Shown here: positions 57,095-64,000 of the stretch, piece after piece | How the letters are laid out: each line of letters begins with the position of its first letter | Numbering within the stretch: position 1 is the stretch's first letter | NCBI GenBank assembly: GCA_963843145.1 | Contig: CAWJJC010000028.1 | Coordinates: 160,001-224,000 of the forward strand | DNA length: 64,000 bases | Direction of reading: 5' to 3' | Origin: an uncultured delta proteobacterium | GTDB taxonomy: Bacteria; Desulfobacterota; RBG-13-43-22 | Notes under the pieces: generated by a model | What the model saw: the letters and a program-made list of their open reading frames with translations, nothing else | Databases searched by the model: none | What the model was told of the DNA's origin: nothing | Position numbers and translations under genes: made by a program

Positions 57095-57718
57095 ATGGGT
57101 TTGGTTTCATTCCAGGACTACGAGGTGGTGGAAGTCATTTTGACCTACGCCCTGGCCCGGAAAGATGTAAAACCCTTAGCCAAGAAGTTGCTGCATACCT
57201 TTGGGTCCTTCCGGGGCCTTTTGGAAGCGCCGACGGAAGAAATTAAAAAAATCGAAGGGGTTTCCGACCATACCGCTCTTTTGTTCAAACTGATTAAAGA
57301 AGCCTCGGATCGTTATCTGGGGGAAAAAGTCCTGAATTCCGCCGATATTATCGCTTCCCCCAGGGACTTATTGAATTACTGCCATTCCAAAATGGGCTGG
57401 CTGAAAGACGAGCAGTTCCGGTTGGTCTATTTGAATACCCGAAATCAAGTGATACGGGACGAAGTGCTTCAGGAGGGAACGGTGGACCAAACCGTCGTCT
57501 ACCCGCGCAAGGTTTTGGAAAGGGCTATTCAACTCAAGGCCACGGCGTTGATTATGGTTCATAATCATCCCAGCGGATCGGTTACCCCGTCGCTGGAAGA
57601 TAAGGAACTGACCCGAACTCTGGTCCAGGCGGCCCAAAATTTACAGATTAAGATCCATGACCATTTGATTATCGGTCGGGAAGAACATTTCAGTTTTTTG
57701 GAAAACAACCTGCTCTAA
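57095..57718 (+). CDS. radC: RadC/JAB domain protein (conserved region begins upstream, ~57023)
   Basis: DYEVVEVIL, HhH region, EQFRLVYLN, GTVDQTVVYPR, HNHPSG...S.ED, HDHLII; in-frame HRQRLK upstream of the ATG. Confidence 0.9.
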   Translation: MGLVSFQDYEVVEVILTYALARKDVKPLAKKLLHTFGSFRGLLEAPTEEIKKIEGVSDHTALLFKLIKEASDRYLGEKVLNSADIIASPRDLLNYCHSKMGWLKDEQFRLVYLNTRNQVIRDEVLQEGTVDQTVVYPRKVLERAIQLKATALIMVHNHPSGSVTPSLEDKELTRTLVQAAQNLQIKIHDHLIIGREEHFSFLENNLL

Positions 57719-57727
57719 GGCCGGGCC

Positions 57728-57910
57728 ATGGAGAAAGAACCCATGAATAATGTTGAGATCTTGCGGCTGGAACTGGAAGAAATCTTAAAGCACAAGTGGA
57801 TTGAATCGGAAAAAGCCGGGTATGACCTGGGTGATCAGGCGGTCTGGGATTGGGTCAAAAATTACGCCTTTGAATTTCGGGAATATTGGGAGGGCAAGAA
57901 AAAATCCTAA
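57728..57910 (+). CDS. small protein resembling the DUF4032 C-terminal motif
   Basis: EILKHKWIESEKAGYDLG..AVWDW. Confidence 0.6.
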   Translation: MEKEPMNNVEILRLELEEILKHKWIESEKAGYDLGDQAVWDWVKNYAFEFREYWEGKKKS

Positions 57911-58126
57911 ATTTCCCCTTCCTTTCCTGATTCACCGCCGCCGCCCTCCTCCTTTTTCCAGCATTACCATGGATTATTCCTTTATCCCATTTTTTAGAGG
58001 CTTCGCCTTTTTGGGTGGGTACTTCCACCTATCTGGTATGGCCGAAGGGTCTCGGCGAAAGGGTTTTCCAAAAGTACCTCGGACTTCGAACCCGGGCCTT
58101 AATTATTAACTTCATTGGAGGTCTCT

Positions 58127-58717
58127 ATGGCCCACCCAGGGATTAAAGATTCCTACCGGGGCAAAGCGAAACAAGAGGGCTTTCCGGCCCGCTCCGTGTA
58201 TAAACTGAAAGAGATTCAGCAGCGCTACCGGTTGATCCGTCCAGGAATTTGTGTAGTCGATCTGGGATGTCATCCCGGTTCATGGCTTCGGTTCTGTTCC
58301 CAAATCGTCGGGCCCCGCGGAAGGATTTTGGGGATCGACCAAAAGCCCCCGATCATTCCCCTGGAACCCCCGATTGCTTTTCTTGAGGCCGATGTCCTGA
58401 CCCTGTCCCGAAAACAATTGCCGGATTGGAGCCGTGAGGTAGATCTGGTATTGAGCGATTTGGCTCCCCATACCTCGGGCATCAAATGGTTGGACCACCA
58501 ACGATCTTTGGATTTGGCCCAGAGGGCCCTGGAAATCGCCGCCTGGATCCTGAAACCGAAGGGGGGGTTCTTAGTGAAGCTTTTTCAGGGAGAAGACTCC
58601 CTTGCCTTTCATAACAGAATGAAAGACTTTTTTAGACAGGTCGACACCGAAAAACCCCGCAGCTCCCGGCAGGCAAGCCCGGAGGTTTATCTCATCGGGC
58701 GGGGTTTTGCGGGTTGA
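58127..58717 (+). CDS. rlmE: 23S rRNA Um2552 methyltransferase (FtsJ)
   Basis: ARSVYKLKEI, DLGCHPGSW, LSDLAP, KLFQG, KPRSSR.ASPEVY. Confidence 0.9.
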   Translation: MAHPGIKDSYRGKAKQEGFPARSVYKLKEIQQRYRLIRPGICVVDLGCHPGSWLRFCSQIVGPRGRILGIDQKPPIIPLEPPIAFLEADVLTLSRKQLPDWSREVDLVLSDLAPHTSGIKWLDHQRSLDLAQRALEIAAWILKPKGGFLVKLFQGEDSLAFHNRMKDFFRQVDTEKPRSSRQASPEVYLIGRGFAG

Positions 58718-58894
58718 ACCCCCTTGCCCGGGGTTGGCTCCCCGAAGCATGAAAATATGGCGCCGCTCCGTTTTTTCGTAGCTACGAACCAAATAATCAA
58801 TAATCAATTGGTAATTAATAATTAAAAAATGATTATTGACTATTGGCTATGGTGCAGGTTGAAGAGTTTATATTTGTACTAAACCCGGATTTTC

Positions 58895-59896
58895 CTATTT
58901 AGGGCCGAAGGCCGGCCCGGTTATGGGCGGCGTCGATCCAGGCGCCGGCGGTGATGAGGAAGGTGTTTTTTTGCCCTTGCGGACACTGGCCTTGGTGGAG
59001 GCCGTTGAAAAACCGGGCTGTTCCTTATTGACCGAAGCCAGCGACAGCGGGATCCTGACCACTTCCTGGGCTTTCAATTTAAAGGGCTCCTTATCCAGGT
59101 TGTGGCTGGCCAGCACCTTCCAGTTGTTGGCGTTTCCTGAATACCACTTGGCAATGGTGGCCAAAGTTTCGCCGGCATAGACTTTATGAAAAATGTAGTC
59201 TCCTTTCGGGGCTGGAGGCTCAGCGATAGCCGGGGCCAGTGGAGCGGGGGAAGGCGCGGCCCGAGGAGCGGCAGGGACTTTCTCTTCCGCCCGCGGCACC
59301 GCCGGTTTCTCGGCCAGGGACTTTAGAAATTCGTGGTCGGAAAAAAGGGCTTCGGTAATCATCACCAGAGAATCGCTGAAACTTTCATTATAGTTGGTTT
59401 CCGACAGGCTGCGCCCGAAGTTTTTCCCGGAGCCGGAATAATTTTTTTGAAAGAGAACACGGCCGTTCTTATCGCGCACTTCCAGTTTTAACAGGGTCTC
59501 CGTGTTATAGCGGTTGGTTTCCACCGTCCAGAATTTTACCAGGGATCCGCCAATGATTTTTTCGGCCGCTCCCGGGCTGCCGACCACGGAAAATCCTTTG
59601 TTCCTAAACTCCTTACTCAAGGCGGACTTAACCAGGTTTCCGGCCGCCTGGGGATCGGAAGAAACCACCACCACCCGGTTCCCTCTGTCTTCCAAGTTTT
59701 CACCCAATTGGCGCGGTTGGGAACGCTGATCACGGAATTCGTCAAAAAATATTTTTTGTGAAGGAACCGAGGAGGGCGATTTCTTTACCTTGGCATTGGG
59801 CTTGTATTCCACTTGGATGGTTTGCTCGGATCCACGGGCTTCGATGAATCCTGCCCCCAACAATAAGACCGCTACTATAATTCCTATTTTTTTCAC
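58895..59896 (-). CDS. exported YajG-like domain + LysM protein ending FGPK
   Basis: Signal peptide; alpha/beta domain with D.R motif; Pro/Ala linker; HKVYAGETLATIAKWY...N.....L....V.IP LysM. Confidence 0.8.
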   Translation of the reverse strand: MKKIGIIVAVLLLGAGFIEARGSEQTIQVEYKPNAKVKKSPSSVPSQKIFFDEFRDQRSQPRQLGENLEDRGNRVVVVSSDPQAAGNLVKSALSKEFRNKGFSVVGSPGAAEKIIGGSLVKFWTVETNRYNTETLLKLEVRDKNGRVLFQKNYSGSGKNFGRSLSETNYNESFSDSLVMITEALFSDHEFLKSLAEKPAVPRAEEKVPAAPRAAPSPAPLAPAIAEPPAPKGDYIFHKVYAGETLATIAKWYSGNANNWKVLASHNLDKEPFKLKAQEVVRIPLSLASVNKEQPGFSTASTKASVRKGKKTPSSSPPAPGSTPPITGPAFGPK

Positions 59897-59922
59897 GGTT
59901 CGACCTCTCGATTCGGTTGGGT

Positions 59923-59980
59923 TAGATTCTTACATCCATTGTTCTGAGAATTTGGCTCTAACAATGGATGCAAGAATCTA
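59923..59980. repeat. 58-bp palindromic MITE-like element, copy 2
   Basis: TAGATTCTTACATCCATTGTT-N16-AACAATGGATGCAAGAATCTA; three substitutions relative to copy 1. Confidence 0.85.
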
Positions 59981-60075
59981 AACAAAAAAAGGTTTCTTTG
60001 AAATCTGTCGTAGTGGTTTCTATTTCAGCCAAAAATATTTGAAATATTTTTGGCTAGGCCTTTCACTTGGACCTT

Positions 60076-61269
60076 CTACTTGGGACCAAAAACCGGGATC
60101 GCCGGAGCCGGGGTTGCCTCGGTCGCCGCGGCAGGTGGAGGCCCTTTCGGTCCTTTCTTAACCGACTTGGATGCCGGGCCGGCGGCCGTGGAGTGCTCCG
60201 GTTGTTCCGAATGCACCGTGGCCAGGGAGAGAGGCACCCGCACCACCTCGCCTCCTTTGAGTCTAAAGGGACTTAGCCCCGGGTTGTGTTGGGCGATTAC
60301 CGGCCAGCGAGTCGTATCGCCGGAGTACCATTTGGCGATAGTGGCCATGGTTTCACCGGGGAATACCCAGTGCTCGATGAATTCCGGTTGAGGCTTTTCC
60401 GGCTCCGGCGGGACGACATTAACCGGTCTGGTTTCGGGCGGGGCCGTTTCAGTTTTGGCGGTCATGGGACTTTGAACTTTGGCCGGTTCCGGGACTGCCC
60501 GCCGTTCGGGTCCTCTAGCTTTTGCGCTGAGGGGCAGGCTTTCCGGCTTCGCGGGCAGCGGGGGACGTTCAGCCACCGGTTCCGGTAATTTGACCGGCAC
60601 TTTAGCCGCAGTGCCTGGAAGTTCTTTGGCCACGGCGGGGGCAGGGACTGGCGGTTGAGCCTGAACAGGCTTTTCACCGAGGGCCTTGATAAAATCCTGA
60701 TCCCCAAAGAGCGTCTCGATGATCATGACCAGGGAGTCGCTGAAACTTTCGTTATAATTGGTTTCCGATAAACTCCGCCCGAAATTTTTCCCGGTCCCGG
60801 TAACCAGGCGGCTGAAGGTGACCCGTCCGGCGGGATCCCGGACTTCCACCTTGACCTGGGTTTGGGTAACATAGCGGCTGGTCTCCGCCGTCCAGAATTT
60901 AAGCAGTGATCCGTCGACGATCTTGTCGGCCCGTCCGGCCTGATCTACCACCTTGAATCCTTTTTTTCTGAATACGCTGGCCAGGGCCGCTCCGATGAAT
61001 TCACCGGAGGCCTTCGGGTCGTCGGTGGTGATGATCACCCGTTCCGCCTTGTCTTCCAGGTTTTCCCCGATCTGCCTCGGATCAGGCCGCTCATCTTTAA
61101 AGGTTCCAAAAAATATCCTCAGCGGCGTGACGGCTGCCGGCGAAGTCTCTAATTTGGCATTGGGTTTATATTCAAGGGAAATGGTGTGCTGGGCGGTTTT
61201 GGCTGCAGAAGTCAGAAAAATAAACAAAATCCCGGTGGCCAGAACGGCGATTGGTCGAAGCGAAGTCAT
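60076..61269 (-). CDS. exported YajG-like domain + LysM protein ending FGPK (paralog)
   Basis: Shares GKNFGRSLSETNYNESFSDSLVMI with the 58895 ORF; LysM HWVFPGETMATIAKWY. Confidence 0.8.
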   Translation of the reverse strand: MTSLRPIAVLATGILFIFLTSAAKTAQHTISLEYKPNAKLETSPAAVTPLRIFFGTFKDERPDPRQIGENLEDKAERVIITTDDPKASGEFIGAALASVFRKKGFKVVDQAGRADKIVDGSLLKFWTAETSRYVTQTQVKVEVRDPAGRVTFSRLVTGTGKNFGRSLSETNYNESFSDSLVMIIETLFGDQDFIKALGEKPVQAQPPVPAPAVAKELPGTAAKVPVKLPEPVAERPPLPAKPESLPLSAKARGPERRAVPEPAKVQSPMTAKTETAPPETRPVNVVPPEPEKPQPEFIEHWVFPGETMATIAKWYSGDTTRWPVIAQHNPGLSPFRLKGGEVVRVPLSLATVHSEQPEHSTAAGPASKSVKKGPKGPPPAAATEATPAPAIPVFGPK

Positions 61270-61475
61270 AGGCGTTCTCCCAAAAGATTGGTGGTCCTGG
61301 ATAGCCCAGGAGTTTTCGCTCTATTGGCTATCATATCAGGATTTTATGAAAGGCCGCCCGAAGGGCGTTAAATTCTTCATTTCGGGCTCACTTTCCATCC
61401 CATTTTATTTGAATATCCAAGGTCCAACTTGGATGTTGGATATTCGGATTTTTAATGTTTTTAGGTCATATAAGG

Positions 61476-62090
61476 CTACTTGGGCCCAAATACCGTTTCA
61501 GAGGATGAGGGCTTGGACCCCTCGGAGGTTTCCGATTCCTGAGGGGGTTTTTTGCCGGCCGGAGGGCCGGTGGCCGTTGAAAAATCGGGCTGCTCCTGGT
61601 GGGCAATGGCCAGGGACTTGGGCACTTTAATCTGTTGGCCGACCTTGAGGCGAAAAGGGTGGACCCCGGGATTATGAGGAGCTATCGCCTTCCAGGCCGT
61701 GGATTTGCCGTTGTACCACTTGGCAATGGTGGCCAGGGTTTCACCGGCCAGGACTTTGTGGAAGATGAAAGCATCAGGGACCGCTGCCTTGGCCGGGGAC
61801 GGGACCGGCGGCGATTCCTTGGGAGCGGCGGGTTCCGGTGGCGGTGGTGGCGGCGGAAGCTCTTTGGGCTTCACCGCTTCCGGTGGTTTGGCGGGAGCTT
61901 CGGCTGCTTTGGCTGCTTTGGTTGGTTGTTTGGGCTTGTTGTCCGCCGGAGTGACGGCCTTTTTGGTGTCTTCGATTCCCTTGATGAACCCTTCCTGAAT
62001 TGACTTTACTTCTTTTTCGACCTGGGCACATCCGCACCACAGGAGCAAAAAGAGGAAAGGGATTATTTTTAAAATCGAGATCATGGTCAT
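61476..62090 (-). CDS. LysM lipoprotein ending FGPK
   Basis: Lipobox-like LLWCGC, Pro/Lys linker, LysM HKVLAGETLATIAKWY; start overlaps the kinase stop (ATGA). Confidence 0.8.
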   Translation of the reverse strand: MTMISILKIIPFLFLLLWCGCAQVEKEVKSIQEGFIKGIEDTKKAVTPADNKPKQPTKAAKAAEAPAKPPEAVKPKELPPPPPPPEPAAPKESPPVPSPAKAAVPDAFIFHKVLAGETLATIAKWYNGKSTAWKAIAPHNPGVHPFRLKVGQQIKVPKSLAIAHQEQPDFSTATGPPAGKKPPQESETSEGSKPSSSETVFGPK

Positions 62091-64000
62091 CCTCCCAAAT
62101 TCTGTAAGTAGCTCCGAGCCAGGCTGTTGTTGGGATTGATTTTAAGGGCTTCCCGAAAATAGAACTGAGCCTTGGTAGGATCGTTCTTCTTTAAATAGGT
62201 GATACCCAGGTTGGTCAAGACCTCATCCTGGTAAGCAGGAGAGAGTACCCGGCAGGATTCGAAATATTTTATCGCCTGATCGAAATTGCCCTGGCTCATG
62301 TAAATATATCCCAGGTTGAAATGGATTTCCGGGATTTTGTTATTTAGATTGATGGCCTTTTGATATTGCAGCACCGCACCGGAATAATCTTTTTTAAAGG
62401 TCAGGAGCCGGCCCATTTGATACGGGGCTTCGTAATTGGTCGGGTCCAGGGTGGCGGCCTGCTCCAATAGTTGTTGGGCCTTGGCGGGGTTAGCGGTTAA
62501 TTGGCCCTTGGCTTGAGTGATCAGGGTATTCGCCTGCCTTTTAGCCTCGGCGGGGGGACCGGCCGCACCCGTGACCGGAGGCGGGGGAGGGGTGCCAGTG
62601 GTCGGGCTGGTCTGCAGGTAACTGCGGGCCAGGCTGTTATTGGGGTTCAGGCCGATAGCCTGTTTGAAATAGGTCTGGGCCTGGCCCGGGTTATTTTTCT
62701 TTAAGAAGGCGATCCCCAAGTTGGTCAGGACTTCATCTTGATAGGGCGGGGAAAGGGCCCGACAGGATTCATAATATTTGATGGCTAAATCATAATCACC
62801 TTGATTTAAATAGATAAACCCCAGGTTGAAATAAATTTCCGGTTTCTGATTATTGATTTGCAAAGCCGCCTGGTAATGTTCGATGGCGGCCGGAAAATTT
62901 TTACGCAGGGTTAATAAGCGGGCTGTTTGAAATTGGGCTTCAAAGTTTTTGGGGTCCAGTTGGACCGCCTGTTCCAGCAGCTTCTGGGCATTGGCCGGAT
63001 CGGATTGGGTTTCATTTTTGGCTTGCTGAATTAATCGTTCCACCTGGATTTTGGTCTGGTCGTTGGAAGAAGCGCCGGGAGTGGCCGGGCTGGAATCGGA
63101 CGGTTTAAGGAGCGCGGCGGGGATCTCGGGAGAGGTCTTCTTTACCAGACGGATGACCAAAACAATCCCCACCACCATGATCAGGAGTAAGACTACGGTT
63201 AGCGCGATGGTTTTTGAGGCCGAATTGCCGGTTTTGGCGGCGGGTGAGGGTGAAGCCGTCGGTTTGGGTGCGAGCGTCGGCTTAGGGGACGGTTCCTTGG
63301 GCGCCGGGGCAGGTTTGGGTTTTTTTTCGACCGGAGGCTCTTTATACTCCGGGGCTTTCGCTTTTTCTTCGCGAACGACCGGTTTCTCTTCCGCCTTGAA
63401 TTCCACGGTTTTATCAAAAGATGGAGCCGCTTTGGTTTTAATAGTCGTATCACTGACCGCCGGGGTCGGGGGTGGGCTGGGACGCATGGCTGACCGCAGG
63501 TCCTTCAGCATTTCCGAAGGGGTTTGGTAGCGCAGCGCTGGATCCTTGGCCAGGGCTTTCTTGACTATGGTTTCAACGGCTGGAGGGATGTGGACATTCA
63601 AAACCTTCGGGGGGATAGGCTCCACCTGGACGATTTTATAGGCCAAGGTGACCGTGCTTTCCCCTTCGAAAGGGCGTTCCCCGGTCAGGACCTGATAAAA
63701 GACGGCGCCCACCGAAAACAGGTCCGAACGGATATCGACTTTTTGTCCGGAGATCTGTTCAGGCGACATGTAATAGGGGGTTCCCAGGACTGTCCCGGTG
63801 GTAGTGATGGACAGGGAAGGGATCTTGGCAATCCCGAAATCCATGACCTTGACCCGTTTGTCGCCCATGATCATGATATTGGTCGGCTTGATATCGCGGT
63901 GAACGATCTGTTCCTGGCTGGACATTTCCAGCGCCTGCAGGATTTGATCAAAGATGGCAACAGCGTCTTCCACCGCCAGGACCTTGGCTTCGTTCAAGAC
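62087..64000 (-). CDS. membrane Hanks-type Ser/Thr kinase with two duplicated TPR blocks (5' end outside window)
   Basis: HRDIKPTN, DFGIAK, GTPYYMSPEQ, DLFSVG; TM helix TIALTVVLLLIMVVGIVLVI; two ~125-aa TPR repeats each ending NPNNSLARSYLQ. Confidence 0.92.
   Translation of the reverse strand, partial: VLNEAKVLAVEDAVAIFDQILQALEMSSQEQIVHRDIKPTNIMIMGDKRVKVMDFGIAKIPSLSITTTGTVLGTPYYMSPEQISGQKVDIRSDLFSVGAVFYQVLTGERPFEGESTVTLAYKIVQVEPIPPKVLNVHIPPAVETIVKKALAKDPALRYQTPSEMLKDLRSAMRPSPPPTPAVSDTTIKTKAAPSFDKTVEFKAEEKPVVREEKAKAPEYKEPPVEKKPKPAPAPKEPSPKPTLAPKPTASPSPAAKTGNSASKTIALTVVLLLIMVVGIVLVIRLVKKTSPEIPAALLKPSDSSPATPGASSNDQTKIQVERLIQQAKNETQSDPANAQKLLEQAVQLDPKNFEAQFQTARLLTLRKNFPAAIEHYQAALQINNQKPEIYFNLGFIYLNQGDYDLAIKYYESCRALSPPYQDEVLTNLGIAFLKKNNPGQAQTYFKQAIGLNPNNSLARSYLQTSPTTGTPPPPPVTGAAGPPAEAKRQANTLITQAKGQLTANPAKAQQLLEQAATLDPTNYEAPYQMGRLLTFKKDYSGAVLQYQKAINLNNKIPEIHFNLGYIYMSQGNFDQAIKYFESCRVLSPAYQDEVLTNLGITYLKKNDPTKAQFYFREALKINPNNSLARSYLQNLGG

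Overview
Chromosomal window from a moderately GC-rich anaerobe, most likely Desulfobacterota/deltaproteobacteria (inferred from a tetraheme cytochrome c3, a DVU0772-like protein and sigma-54 promoters). From left to right it holds: an orphan PilB/GspE ATPase; rmlA-rmlB-rmlD; glutamate dehydrogenase; a ~18 kb acyl-CoA catabolic island (ThDP enzyme, lone glycyl-radical domain, double TetR with a recognisable operator, SDRs, enoyl-CoA hydratase, two CoA ligases, Liv-type ABC transporter, atypical KAS III) damaged by a degenerate IS630; a sigma-54/IHF-type acetate/propionate operon (DEDDh exonuclease, DUF485, actP, acs, isochorismatase-family hydrolase, prpE-like ligase, cNMP-CBS-DUF294 nucleotidyltransferase); a probable 6S RNA; ppdK; a tRNA nucleotidyltransferase that looks CC-adding; two B12 radical SAM enzymes; larB, prmA, rsmE, tRNA-Phe, DHH, SLT, pxpA, ferredoxin, cytochrome c3, tatA, radC and rlmE. 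The right end carries a membrane Ser/Thr kinase with duplicated TPR blocks followed by three exported LysM proteins that all end in FGPK; this is the best candidate for an undescribed system. Intergenic spaces contain several families of palindromic or periodic repeats. No CRISPR array, prophage or rRNA was seen. All family calls come from motif recognition by eye; no database searches were run.
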